A stretch of DNA of 53,104 nt from a bacterium (GCA_043778555.1 JAYWFY010000055.1:1-53104); one strand, 5' to 3'. Positions 38,189 through 48,360 are shown, numbered from the stretch's first letter. Notes: generated by a model not told the origin, from the letters alone. Numbers and translations: made by a program.

Positions 38189-38650
38189 ATGACTACAAAG
38201 ACAATTGCAATTTATCCCCAGCAAAATAGCAGTAATTCTCAGATTAACCAAATACAGGCATATCAAAAAAGTCAGTTGGTTACTAAAAATGAAGAGCTTA
38301 ATTACCCTTTACCTGACTATAACTCATTGCTAGAAATTACAAAGATCAGTAAACAGGTTGCTTTTGAGAACAAAACACTAAAGCAAAAACAACTACTTTT
38401 GTTGGAAACTAAAAAGCAATATAGGCAAAAACTACTATTGGAAGAGACAAATATTCGCACACGTGTCATCACTCTCAAAAGAAGACAAAACATTGCCCAA
38501 GTTGTAGAAAAAATCCGCCAGTCAGAGATACAGCTTCAAAATCAAATTTGGGAAAGAATCGAGCAATATCAGCCTGCTCAAAGTCTAGATAAGAATAAAA
38601 AGCACAATCTATTTTTGGCGTTAATTAGCAAAATTACAAATGATAGCTGA
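38189..38650 (+). CDS. Q/K-rich coiled-coil hypothetical protein
   Basis: ORF only; overlaps the next ORF by 11 nt. Confidence 0.4.
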   Translation: MTTKTIAIYPQQNSSNSQINQIQAYQKSQLVTKNEELNYPLPDYNSLLEITKISKQVAFENKTLKQKQLLLLETKKQYRQKLLLEETNIRTRVITLKRRQNIAQVVEKIRQSEIQLQNQIWERIEQYQPAQSLDKNKKHNLFLALISKITNDS

Positions 38651-39269
38651 GCCCAAAATCCAACCAAAAACCAAAAATATAAGGTTGACAAAATTAAATC
38701 GGTTGTTGCCATTGGTTGCTATTGGCACTGTAGCTGATTGTCAAAGTATTATAGAACCAACTAATAGAATGCTTGTCAAAGCTGGAATTCAGATCCTCCA
38801 GTCTAATTCTCACAAAATTGCTGGTCTCTCAGAGCTACTCAACCAGTCGGGCTTATCAAAAAAAATCCAAGAAGGGTATCAGCTTACTAGTCAAGACTTG
38901 GGATTTGTACTTTCTCCAATTCTCAATAGTTCTGGTAGAATTAGTCACGCTAGGCTTTCAATAGCTACTTTACTCAAGGATCCTAAGATTGATAACGTAA
39001 ATCAACTCGTAACCGAAAACATAGAATTTTTTGAAAAATCTGAGCCTGAGCTTGCAAAGTTTCTTATCGATACGAACGCTGAGCGTAAAGTTATGGTCAA
39101 AAGTATACTTGGTGAAGTAGAGCAGACAGCCAAAGATCAAGTAGAGTCTGGTCAAAAAATTATTTGGCTAGAAGGGAATTGGAGCAAAGGTATAATAGGT
39201 TTGTTGGCTAGTAGGCTTGTTAATCAATATAGTTTGCCGATAATCGTTGTGTCAAAGTCAGGTGAGTAA
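38640..39269 (+). CDS. recJ: RecJ-like exonuclease internal fragment
   Basis: LVAIGTVADCQ, DLGFVLSPILNSSGRISHA and GIIGLLASRLVNQYSLPIIVVS match the middle of RecJ. The N-terminal DHH motifs and the DHHA1 GGGH motif are absent. Confidence 0.65.
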   Translation: MIAEPKIQPKTKNIRLTKLNRLLPLVAIGTVADCQSIIEPTNRMLVKAGIQILQSNSHKIAGLSELLNQSGLSKKIQEGYQLTSQDLGFVLSPILNSSGRISHARLSIATLLKDPKIDNVNQLVTENIEFFEKSEPELAKFLIDTNAERKVMVKSILGEVEQTAKDQVESGQKIIWLEGNWSKGIIGLLASRLVNQYSLPIIVVSKSGE

Positions 39270-39345
39270 AATTAGTTTTTGCATTTTTGTTCCCGCAGTA
39301 ATCGCCAAATTGACCAATTACCAATACTGTGTAATTCTTTAGAAT

Positions 39346-40344
39346 ATGTCCAATGCAATAGATCAAACTAATATTGTTAAAACTCGCTCATTCTTGATTG
39401 CCAATGTTGAGCGTATCTTGGAAAATATATCTAGCAGACGCGAAGCAAAAAAAATTGACACTGATGATTTGTTTAGTGATTCTACAGACAAATCTCAAAC
39501 CCAAGTCAACTGGAAAACTCAATACAAAGACCTTTCTAAACTGGATATTTTGATGATGGAAAAAGAAATTTTGGGACTTTACGTTTCAGGTAATCCGCTG
39601 CAAGAATATGCTCAAATGCAAGAGTGGGTACGAGAAGTGACTGGTTTTGATGATATTTATCTCGTTGTAGTTGAAAAGATTAAAAAGATTTTTACTAAAG
39701 CCGGAGCTATGATGCTAGGCATGAATATTACACTTTTACCAGAAGAAGGGAAAGAAGCTCAGATTGAAGGCGTTGTCTATAGCAAACGAACCCCTGCACT
39801 TTCACCAGTTTTGGAAGAGAAAAAAATCTATTGGGTCAAAGGAAAATTGTCAGAGCCAAAAGAAAAAGCTAAGCCTGCTGATACTACCGAACCCGCAGAA
39901 ATTGATGATACTATAGTTGAGCAAAGGGAATATGTCGAAGCTACAAAGCTAATTTTTGATGATGCTTGTAGAATTGATCAAGGAGTCTTGCCAATCTTTG
40001 AGCAGGGAGATTATTCTATTTCCAAGCCCAGACAAGAAATTTTAGAAGCTGTGAACTGGACAAAAGCCGCTATTGATCCACAAATTATTTTTGAAATAGA
40101 ACAACCAAAAGACCTCAAGATCAATAAAAATTATGAAATAAAATCAATTATGATTCGAGATAGCTTAACTATAGATAAAGTTAAAGAGATCAAGCAAAAT
40201 CTTAAGCAAGACACCAACCTTGACGCAGATTTGTACTACAAAGTTGAGCTAACTATTATCCACTTGGACAAAGTCAAAACAGCTCCAAAGCCTTATTGGA
40301 TAACCAAAGATTACTATCAACAAATTCAAAACCTTGTCGTATAA
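39346..40344 (+). CDS. dnaE: DNA polymerase III alpha subunit, C-terminal fragment only
   Basis: EKEILGLYVSGNPLQEY followed by an OB-like segment. No PHP, palm or fingers region upstream. Confidence 0.7.
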   Translation: MSNAIDQTNIVKTRSFLIANVERILENISSRREAKKIDTDDLFSDSTDKSQTQVNWKTQYKDLSKLDILMMEKEILGLYVSGNPLQEYAQMQEWVREVTGFDDIYLVVVEKIKKIFTKAGAMMLGMNITLLPEEGKEAQIEGVVYSKRTPALSPVLEEKKIYWVKGKLSEPKEKAKPADTTEPAEIDDTIVEQREYVEATKLIFDDACRIDQGVLPIFEQGDYSISKPRQEILEAVNWTKAAIDPQIIFEIEQPKDLKINKNYEIKSIMIRDSLTIDKVKEIKQNLKQDTNLDADLYYKVELTIIHLDKVKTAPKPYWITKDYYQQIQNLVV

Positions 40345-41299
40345 TGAATCAACAAACGATTGATATCTTAAGCAAATTGAATAAACAGTTTTATGATGAA
40401 ACCGGCTCAGCATTATGGAACCAAAAACCTGATTACTACTGGGAAGGCTCGTATCAACTCACCAAATTTATTGTAGCCAAATTGAAAGAACTAGCAAAAG
40501 ACTTAAGTTTGATTGATGACATCTCAGCAAAAAATTGTCATCTTGAGCGTAGCGAAAGATCCTGCGGAGTCCAGCGAAAAGGTGATTTGGAAATAAAAAA
40601 AATCTTGAGAAGAAGCTTACCCGCGCAACTGAAAACTTTAGTTTAGATAATTCAAACCCAAAATATTATAAAATCCTAGATCTTGGCTGTGGAAACGCAA
40701 GATTTGTTAACTTTTTAAACTCACAACTTGACCTTGAATCGATTAAAAACACAGAATATTTAGGCGTAGATTTTTCAATCAATTTTATGGAACGATCACA
40801 GAATGTTGAACAGCAAAACTTTGCCAGTTACAAGCTCAAAGAACTAGATATTTTGAAAGAGCTTGATCAATTTGAAAATAAAAGATTTGACTTGATAGTG
40901 ATGTTTGGCCTGATTCACCACATTCCAAGTCTCCAAGCTCGCAACCAATTCTTTGCTCAAGTTACAAAATTATTAAATCCAAACGGGCTTTTGATATTTA
41001 CGACATGGCAATATCTTGACACGCCAAGACGAATCAAGCGAGCAGTAGATCCAGAAACTGAAACTGGAAAATATATTTATGAAAAGTTAGGAATTAAAAA
41101 AACCGACCTTGAGGTCGGAGACAACATTTTGGATTGGGTAAAAAAAGTCTTTAGTTATTGCTATTCACACTATTTTATAGAAGTCGAAGTCAAAAGCTAC
41201 CTTTCTAATAATAATCTAGAGTTAATTCACAGTTTTGTTTGCGATAGTCGAGATTCAAAAAGGAATACATATTATGTTTGCCAACTGAAAAATCTCTAA
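40344..41299 (+). pseudogene. Class I SAM-dependent methyltransferase that changes reading frame where an X-family repeat lies
   Basis: N-terminus in frame 0 up to 40646. Motif I ILDLGCGNARF and the rest are in frame 2, open from 40586. The X repeat at 40537-40564 lies just upstream of the frame change. Confidence 0.65.
40537..40564 (+). repeat. X-family hairpin repeat copy inside the methyltransferase gene
   Basis: gtcatcttgagcgtagcgaaagatcctg. Confidence 0.75.
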
Positions 41300-41328
41300 A
41301 CAAACGAATTGATAGCTTAAATATGAAT

Positions 41329-42270
41329 TTAATGATGTGCCAAACAACTTTGCATCCCAGGGAAAATTAGACAACTGGTGATGTTGTAGACTTCGTACAA
41401 TCCAAATAGCGCTAGACCAATAAATGCGACTGTACCGAGCAACGACACGATAGGATTTTTGACGAGTTTGATAGTAAGGTTGGGATTAATAAACAATAAA
41501 ACATTAAGAATCATATGACCCAAAAATACTCCAACCCCAAATCCAAATACGTTAACAACGTTAAAAAGAGGCACATACCCAGCAAAGTCATCAAGGCCAA
41601 GAATAAATGGAATAGTAAATGAAGTACTAATCAACCCCCAGAATGTCAATTTTTTTGTCTCGTCAAATTTGAGAGAAGGAAGAATTTTGGACAAAACTGG
41701 AGAAATTACCGTCATTATTTTGGTCAGAAAAATATCTATGACTTTGGCACTTGCTTTGACCCATTTTGGAACTTTTTGTCCTTCGTGTTGCGCCTCTTCG
41801 ATATGTTCAATACCTCCTTTAGCTAGCTCAAACAACACCAAAGCTGCTAGAAACACCATTATTGCAAGTAGCCACTTGATCTCTTTAAAGAAAAACCAAA
41901 GTGTCAAAACTGCCATCGTACCTAGTGCATTACCAAGAGCCGTGCCATTTTCTATAGCTATTCGATTTTTGAATCCTGGATATTTGAGCATCAATAACCC
42001 TATTAAGATAGCAAAATCTACAGCTGTTTTGAGGTAAATACCACTGCCAATCAAAACATCTTGAATTTTAATTTGGGTAAGAATATTTTCAGATTTTGTA
42101 AAAACACCTATATAGTTAAGGAGGTTAATTTGCCAAAAATAAACAATAGAAAGTACAACAAAAATTATGATTGCTAGGAAGATGCAGATAATATTTTGTG
42201 TTGTGTTGGAGAATTTTGGAATTTTGATCGGAGGATTTGGAAAATCTATATTAGTATTAGTTGTAGACAT
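41329..42270 (-). CDS. Multi-pass membrane protein, hypothetical
   Basis: ORF with 7-8 TM segments; start set at the first ATG. Confidence 0.5.
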   Translation of the reverse strand: MSTTNTNIDFPNPPIKIPKFSNTTQNIICIFLAIIIFVVLSIVYFWQINLLNYIGVFTKSENILTQIKIQDVLIGSGIYLKTAVDFAILIGLLMLKYPGFKNRIAIENGTALGNALGTMAVLTLWFFFKEIKWLLAIMVFLAALVLFELAKGGIEHIEEAQHEGQKVPKWVKASAKVIDIFLTKIMTVISPVLSKILPSLKFDETKKLTFWGLISTSFTIPFILGLDDFAGYVPLFNVVNVFGFGVGVFLGHMILNVLLFINPNLTIKLVKNPIVSLLGTVAFIGLALFGLYEVYNITSCLIFPGMQSCLAHH

Positions 42271-42437
42271 ATTAGTCAAGTTTTGACAAGTTAATTATCA
42301 ATGTCAAGGTTTGCTAGTTTTAATTTTGTGAATAATTAGTATATGCTTAACAAGCAAGTGCAAAACTTACAGCCATTCCAATGACAGCCCACATTGATTA
42401 TTCTTGAGTTGTTGGTGTAACGGGTATAACAAAAAAA

Positions 42438-43520
42438 TTAATATACAATGTTATATTGGCTATAAATATTCCAAAGCACTAGCTTGTTATAGTTTTCTTT
42501 ATGTTTTTGTTCATACCAGTAGTTCAAAATTCCTATTGGGGCAATTAATATCAAGGTTAGATAAAATAATATCTTCAAAAATATGAATGCCAAATAGCTA
42601 ATTTGTTTTTTTGTTTGAATGCTTAAGCCCAAATTAGTTTCAAATTCCTTTACTTTGGAATGAGTGGCACTATAAGGTAACGGTATAGTTTCTTTGTCAA
42701 AGCTATTTTCCAACTTTAGAGCTGACCAAACAAATAAATTTCTCTCTTTATTTTTGTAATATTTTTCCAGTTGACATTCATTTTCAAAAACTAACCCAAA
42801 ATCAATTTTTACTTTGTCGATGATATTATTGTATTTCAAAGCTTCAAGTTTGGTAACTTGGTTGGTCAACAAATAAAAAATTACTAGCCCAAAATTGAGA
42901 TCGTAGTATTTTATAACCTTGCTCAGAATAGCAAAATAAGGCTTTGTAATCCATACCCAATTTTTTTTTACCATTATCATAAGGTCAATATCACTACCTT
43001 TATGACTATTTTCCAAAGCTGCTGAGCAACAAAGATAAATATTTTTGACCCCAGGGAATGCACTGAGTAATTGTCCATATTTGTAAATCCAGTTTTGTTT
43101 CCAGTACCAGTCGGTGTTGGAATTGTAGTTTTGCCAAGCTGGACTTTGTGCATGGATGACAAAATTGGTTGATAATCCATAGTGGCTATATCTCAATTCA
43201 AAATGTCTTGGGTTGTTATAATTATCAAAAATATTATCCAAGGCTCGATGCTCGTGATTTTTGCGGGAGAAGACTAGTGTAGAAAGAGGATCTTGTAGCT
43301 CATAACCGTTTGATTCAACTATTTTTTTGACTTGACTAGGTGTCTTTTTGGTATGATAAAAAACTTCTCCCCAGCCCCAAAATTTGTAACGGTTTTGTTG
43401 TTGAAAAACAAGATTATATATTGAAGAAGAGGTAATCTGTGAACTTGTACATGATTTGTTGTTTACTGCTTGAGAGACTATAGTGCAGAAAATAGTTGTT
43501 ACCTTAAGGAGTATGGACAT
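42438..43520 (-). CDS. Nucleotidyltransferase-fold (Pol-beta-like) domain protein with a C-terminal TM segment
   Basis: CCSAALENSHKGSDIDLMIMV resembles the GS-x(n)-D-x-D NTase motif. Confidence 0.45.
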   Translation of the reverse strand: MSILLKVTTIFCTIVSQAVNNKSCTSSQITSSSIYNLVFQQQNRYKFWGWGEVFYHTKKTPSQVKKIVESNGYELQDPLSTLVFSRKNHEHRALDNIFDNYNNPRHFELRYSHYGLSTNFVIHAQSPAWQNYNSNTDWYWKQNWIYKYGQLLSAFPGVKNIYLCCSAALENSHKGSDIDLMIMVKKNWVWITKPYFAILSKVIKYYDLNFGLVIFYLLTNQVTKLEALKYNNIIDKVKIDFGLVFENECQLEKYYKNKERNLFVWSALKLENSFDKETIPLPYSATHSKVKEFETNLGLSIQTKKQISYLAFIFLKILFYLTLILIAPIGILNYWYEQKHKENYNKLVLWNIYSQYNIVY

Positions 43521-43572
43521 ATGAGTGGTTGTGCTGTGATGATTTGTAGTGATTTACTTAAAAGAACTTTAA

Positions 43573-44211
43573 TTATTCATTTATTCTACTTCCGTCAGGA
43601 TTAAAAGTAAAATCAATAAATTTGAAGACCCATTCGCTATCTGACTGTTTATAAATCTGATATGTTGCGTTAAGCCTATTTGGGTTTTGGCCGTATGATT
43701 TTTTATTAGTTTTAAAGTAATCTTCATCAATCATTGAAATAGAAATCTCAAATTCTGTTTTTGAAACTTTACTTGAATTGTTGATATAGATAAAAGGTTG
43801 ATTTGAAATAAAATTACTTTTCACTTTTAAAAAATAATCATTTGAAATTTGGTTTAATAAACTTACATTTGACTCTGTATTGTAGAGTTTAAATTCATCA
43901 GATTTTAGATTTATTCCAGTCTTAAAAACTATATCTTTATCTAAGGAAAATTTAAATTTATCATATTGAATGTCTTGACTCTCAATTTTAATAGAGCTTA
44001 CTGTTGAGCTAGGGGGTGTAACGAAAGACGAGCTAACGACTTGACTTTGAGACGAGCTAGAAACAACAAGAGACTTAATACTCGAAACAACTTGTGAGCT
44101 TGAAGTTGTCACTACTTTTTGCTCACGATTTTGATCAACAAGGAATATGCTTATAGCTCCAATGACCGCTATTGTAATTGCTACTATCATGATTTTATCA
44201 GTATTTGACAT
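43573..44211 (-). CDS. Membrane-anchored Ser/Val-rich hypothetical protein
   Basis: N-terminal TM segment followed by SSSQVVSS-type repeats. Confidence 0.5.
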   Translation of the reverse strand: MSNTDKIMIVAITIAVIGAISIFLVDQNREQKVVTTSSSQVVSSIKSLVVSSSSQSQVVSSSFVTPPSSTVSSIKIESQDIQYDKFKFSLDKDIVFKTGINLKSDEFKLYNTESNVSLLNQISNDYFLKVKSNFISNQPFIYINNSSKVSKTEFEISISMIDEDYFKTNKKSYGQNPNRLNATYQIYKQSDSEWVFKFIDFTFNPDGSRINE

Positions 44212-44435
44212 AATATTTGAGTTTGTGTTACGGTTATGTGTGAATTGATTTTATATAGAAATATTGTAAACACATAATAAGTTTTAAATTTTACTTACAA
44301 TCGCTATTAAAGCAATACGAAGAAAAGCTATAAACAAAAAATTTTGGCAAAATACTTACCCATATTATTTACCCATACTATACAATCTTTTTTAATTTTT
44401 TAGCAAATTAATTTTATAAAACAAAAGAACTAATT

Positions 44436-45104
44436 ATGAAAAATTTTTGGCTAAAGCTCCCTACACTTTTTTTTATTTTGGCACCAATGGAAGATGTGAC
44501 CGATATTACGTTTCGCAAAATGGTAAGAAAGGCAAATAATGGTATTCCGCAGGTTTTATTCACCGAATTTACAAACTGTGATGGAATATGTAGCGTTGGG
44601 CAATCCAAAGTTATTCATAGATTAAAATACGACCCAAATGAACGACCAATTGTAGCCCAAATCTGGGGCAAAACTCCGCAAAATTATGAAGAAACCGCTC
44701 GCTTATGCTTGGAGCTAGGTTTCGACGGTATTGATATTAATATGGGCTGCCCCGAAAAATCTGTAATCAAGCAAGGAGCCTGCTCTGCACTCATCAACAA
44801 CCAACCACTTGCCAAACAAATAATTACGGCTTGCAAACGTGGAACCAATGGCAAGATACCTATAAGTGTAAAAACTAGAATTGGATTTAATAAAATTCAA
44901 ACTAATGAGTGGATTAGATTCTTGTTGGAGCAAAATATTCAAGCTTTGACTGTACACGGACGAACTGTAGCTGGTAGCGATCAGCCAGCCAATTGGACTG
45001 AAATCAAAAGGTCTGTGGAAATTAATAACCAACTTAATATTGACCTAAAAGCCAAAAAAATAAATTGGATAAAGCAAATTGAGGAATTATACACGTTACA
45101 TTAA
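44436..45104 (+). CDS. dus: tRNA-dihydrouridine synthase, C-terminally truncated
   Basis: LAPMEDVTD, IDINMGCP and LTVHGRT motifs are present. The ORF stops at about 222 aa, before the expected NGDI and C-terminal helical domain. Confidence 0.7.
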   Translation: MKNFWLKLPTLFFILAPMEDVTDITFRKMVRKANNGIPQVLFTEFTNCDGICSVGQSKVIHRLKYDPNERPIVAQIWGKTPQNYEETARLCLELGFDGIDINMGCPEKSVIKQGACSALINNQPLAKQIITACKRGTNGKIPISVKTRIGFNKIQTNEWIRFLLEQNIQALTVHGRTVAGSDQPANWTEIKRSVEINNQLNIDLKAKKINWIKQIEELYTLH

Positions 45105-45130
45105 TAACCCAAGAATAATTATAGTGAGCT

Positions 45131-45163
45131 GTCATTCATAACCCGTTTTAGAATCTAAAAAAG
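45131..45163 (+). repeat. Degenerate Y-family hairpin repeat copy
   Basis: gtcattcataacccgttttagaatctaaaaaag. Confidence 0.5.
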
Positions 45164-45210
45164 TGAGATAAAATAAAAAACCATTTATATAAAAATTGTT
45201 AAAATTCTCC

Positions 45211-45239
45211 TTGACAAAGATTTTGTTAGATTCCATAAT
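45211..45239 (+). promoter_or_regulatory. Promoter of the 527-aa surface protein gene
   Basis: TTGACA, 17 nt, CATAAT. Confidence 0.5.
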
Positions 45240-45308
45240 GTATCTATACTATATCACACGGCTACTTTTAGATAAAATTTAAATCAAATTAACCAAAAAT
45301 TAATACAA

Positions 45309-46892
45309 ATGTCAGCTCAAACCCTTCTAAAACTAGCAAAACTTACAGCAGTAAGTACAGTCACTATCACAACGATGATGATAGCCTTTGGTCTCAAGCC
45401 AATCCCTGTAAAAGCTTCAACAACCCCTGTTCAAAAATGCTATTTACCAAACGGAAATGATACAAATGGAGTGGTACCCTCTACTCAAGAATTTAGAACT
45501 GATTGGGGTGGACAAAAATCCTGTAATTTTACAAAGTTTGATAAATCTTTGGGTGTATTGACTGGAGTTGCAACAACGATCGACGCAACAATGAAAACAG
45601 ATGCTCAACTAGAAAACCTAAATAATGGGTCAACCAATGTAGCAGTTGTAGCAACAGCCAATATTAGTCTTTCTACCATCACTGGTGAACAATTATCATT
45701 GAGTACGCCAACAGTAAAATATGATTCTAAGCCACTAGGTACATATGACGGCACTTCTGATTATGGAGGAACCAGTGGATACACTCTACCTAGTCAGCCA
45801 GCTTCAGACTCCAAAACTGTAACGATTACCAGTAAAAATGTACTAGATCAATTCTCTGGAGATGGCATACAAAAAATAGACACTGTAGGTAAAACAACAA
45901 CAATCTACTCTACGATTGGCTCTGCAAATGTTTTGATGAACGCCAATACATATGCAGCTGCGACTATTTCCATTTCCTACAATTACCAATCGCTGCCAAT
46001 CGCTGCTTCAGGTACATTCTCAAACTTGTCAGCAAACACTAATGTTGATCTGTCAAATGCCTTAAATTCATCAGATCCCCAATCCAATGCTATTACCAAA
46101 AATACTATCAAAAGCTTGCCAGAATGTGGCGTGCTCTTTCATAAAGACATATCAGGAGCTGAACAAAAAGTAACAATCAACCAATCACTAACATTACCTG
46201 AATCAAAAACTCTAATGATGAAGCCAAACGAAGACACTCAAGGCAAAACTTGTACTTTCAAATATAGCTCAACCAGTAGCGTAGAGCTCGAAAGTCTTCT
46301 TGCCACTATTACAATCAATCTCAAAAACTCAATCGTTGAAAAAGTGGCTCAAACAATACCTCCAGTAGTCAAACAAGCAGCTATAGGCGGACAATATGAA
46401 CCAAGTAAAAACTGTATAGTGATAGGAAAACTAAAGCAAGCTGTTGATCTCACAGAATGTTTTGACTCCAAATACCTACAATCTAAGACGGCTGAGTATT
46501 ATAGAATTTCTAGTATAAATACAGGGAAGGAATCTTGTGGAGATTTTTTTATAATCAAATCTAACGGCGATAGAATCCGAATAAGTGAGGGTCAAGATAT
46601 TACTTTGGTAGATAGCAAAATTCAATTTTCTCCAAATGGTTTGGAGTGTAAAAATTGTAGTGACATAGGTTTTGACATCACACCGTTTTCAAACATAAAC
46701 GAAGCTTTACCAAAATACCAAGCAATCGTAAAACTTGAAGATTGCGCTATTGACACTATTCGTACGGGCGGATTTGTAGAAACTATAAAAGAAAACTTGG
46801 TACTATTGATGATACTAATAGCATCTATTATTTTCTTCTTTACAACTATTACCAGCGAACAAATAAAAGTTAAAAAAGAAACCGTAAAATAA
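45309..46892 (+). CDS. Secreted protein with a C-terminal TM anchor; N-terminal region resembles a choice-of-anchor-E-type domain
   Basis: Signal peptide. TDWGG...FTKFD.SLG.LTGV...YDGTSDYGGTSG pattern. Terminal hydrophobic segment. Confidence 0.4.
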   Translation: MSAQTLLKLAKLTAVSTVTITTMMIAFGLKPIPVKASTTPVQKCYLPNGNDTNGVVPSTQEFRTDWGGQKSCNFTKFDKSLGVLTGVATTIDATMKTDAQLENLNNGSTNVAVVATANISLSTITGEQLSLSTPTVKYDSKPLGTYDGTSDYGGTSGYTLPSQPASDSKTVTITSKNVLDQFSGDGIQKIDTVGKTTTIYSTIGSANVLMNANTYAAATISISYNYQSLPIAASGTFSNLSANTNVDLSNALNSSDPQSNAITKNTIKSLPECGVLFHKDISGAEQKVTINQSLTLPESKTLMMKPNEDTQGKTCTFKYSSTSSVELESLLATITINLKNSIVEKVAQTIPPVVKQAAIGGQYEPSKNCIVIGKLKQAVDLTECFDSKYLQSKTAEYYRISSINTGKESCGDFFIIKSNGDRIRISEGQDITLVDSKIQFSPNGLECKNCSDIGFDITPFSNINEALPKYQAIVKLEDCAIDTIRTGGFVETIKENLVLLMILIASIIFFFTTITSEQIKVKKETVK

Positions 46893-46905
46893 AATCAAAA
46901 GCGAC

Positions 46906-48174
46906 TTATTCTTCTAATCTCCTCAAAGCTCCAATCAATTTGGGTTTCTTTCTGTGCTGGATTTGAATGTATTTCATAGTCTCCCAAAAATAGTCTGAAC
47001 GACCCAGCTTTGCCCATTTGGTCAGCGTGTTGATAATATCTGTATATTCTCCAGACTTTGTAAAATCCGACCAGACTTTGACCTGATTCATAATCTTGAT
47101 TTCAATAATTTCTCTTTGTTCTGGTAAAATATAGGCTACATCAATAAGTAAATCTGGATCAAACTTATCTATATTATCAATCAAAAATTGCTGATATCGG
47201 CTGGTTAATACAAAATCTAGCCATAAGTTGAGATTATTGGGATAGTCTTCTTGTAGTTTTTCTAAAATTTGTTTTTTTTCTAAGTCAGTTTTAGATACCA
47301 AAATACTTTCTATCAAATCATTATAATCTGTAGTAATTCTAGACACTTTCCAGCGATAAACCTCACTCCAAAGACTCAATTGTTGCCTCTGACTAAAATC
47401 AAGTATCAAATCTTGCCAAAACTCCCACCAAAATCTTCCACCAATCTGCAGCGAAACCGTCATAAGATAATAAACCTTTTTTTCCATGTCGTAGTCTCGA
47501 AGTTTGTACCTAAAACTAAGTTGAAGTTCAGATAGAAAAACAGAATATTGATTATCAGAATTTAAACCCGATGTAAATGCAAACGCCGTGTCGTCATCAA
47601 ATACCCCATCACTTCGTGTCACCCCTTTTTGTAAAAGGGGAATTTTCAGAGTATCATTCTTGGTTTTTTTAACCTCATGGACAAATAACTCGAACCAATA
47701 GATACTTCGCAGCTCAGATTTGGCAAAATATGCCTCAAAATGTTCTTGTAGTTTGCGAATCTTGGATTTTTGCTCAACGTCAAAGATATTTCCAATCAAA
47801 TTGGTGTCAAGTTGGTTTTCTTTTGCAGCGAGTTTTACTTTGCCCTCTACTTCCAAAAACTCTTTTTGCATTGCTTGACATACAGCTACGATATGCCTGC
47901 AAACACCAAATTCTCCAAAATAACTGCAAGTACAATTGATAGACTGCAACATGGCTTCCCCCGCCTGGCCAAACTTGGTTTTACTAAGAACTAAATGTAG
48001 CACTGGCATAGTCACTCGATAGAACTTGGTACCGTCTTTCAGATTATAAATCTGCCAATTGTCAATCAAAAGTTTTTCAACACCTCCTACACCACCGTCA
48101 AGATAAAGCCGAGTTCCAAGGTTGTAAACATCAATGTCTACGATCTCTTTGGCAATCTGAGTATAAGAGAACAT
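46906..48174 (-). CDS. SWIM zinc-finger domain protein
   Basis: CTCSYFGEFGVCRHIVAV fits the C-x-C-x(n)-C-x-H SWIM signature. Confidence 0.6.
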   Translation of the reverse strand: MFSYTQIAKEIVDIDVYNLGTRLYLDGGVGGVEKLLIDNWQIYNLKDGTKFYRVTMPVLHLVLSKTKFGQAGEAMLQSINCTCSYFGEFGVCRHIVAVCQAMQKEFLEVEGKVKLAAKENQLDTNLIGNIFDVEQKSKIRKLQEHFEAYFAKSELRSIYWFELFVHEVKKTKNDTLKIPLLQKGVTRSDGVFDDDTAFAFTSGLNSDNQYSVFLSELQLSFRYKLRDYDMEKKVYYLMTVSLQIGGRFWWEFWQDLILDFSQRQQLSLWSEVYRWKVSRITTDYNDLIESILVSKTDLEKKQILEKLQEDYPNNLNLWLDFVLTSRYQQFLIDNIDKFDPDLLIDVAYILPEQREIIEIKIMNQVKVWSDFTKSGEYTDIINTLTKWAKLGRSDYFWETMKYIQIQHRKKPKLIGALRRLEE

Positions 48175-48326
48175 AGTGTAATTAATTATTAACTTTTATA
48201 AAACTTTGCACAAATTTATAGTTTAGATTCCCCTTATTTGAGAAGACATAGCCGCAATGCTGAGAAGGTCCTATTTTGAAAAGTATTATCCATTCATTTA
48301 ACAATAAAACTGTACTTTATCTAAGA

Positions 48327-48357
48327 TTTTTAGATCCTGAAATAGGTTCAGGATGAC
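48327..48357 (-). repeat. Y-family hairpin repeat copy
   Basis: Minus strand reads gtcatcctgaacctatttcaggatctaaaaa. Confidence 0.8.
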
Positions 48358-48360
48358 AAA

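Noticed and set aside
38640-38650. Alternative genetic code (UGA as Gly or Trp) as an explanation for the short ORFs
   Set aside because: Most fragment junctions end in TAA. Reading through the TGA at 38648 gives further stops and no RecJ-like sequence. Long uninterrupted ORFs elsewhere fit the standard code.
39346-39450. Split-intein or intein explanation for the DnaE C-terminal fragment
   Set aside because: The N-terminus shows no intein C-fragment features (no terminal HN followed by C/S/T). It aligns directly with DnaE sequence upstream of the EKE-LGLY motif.
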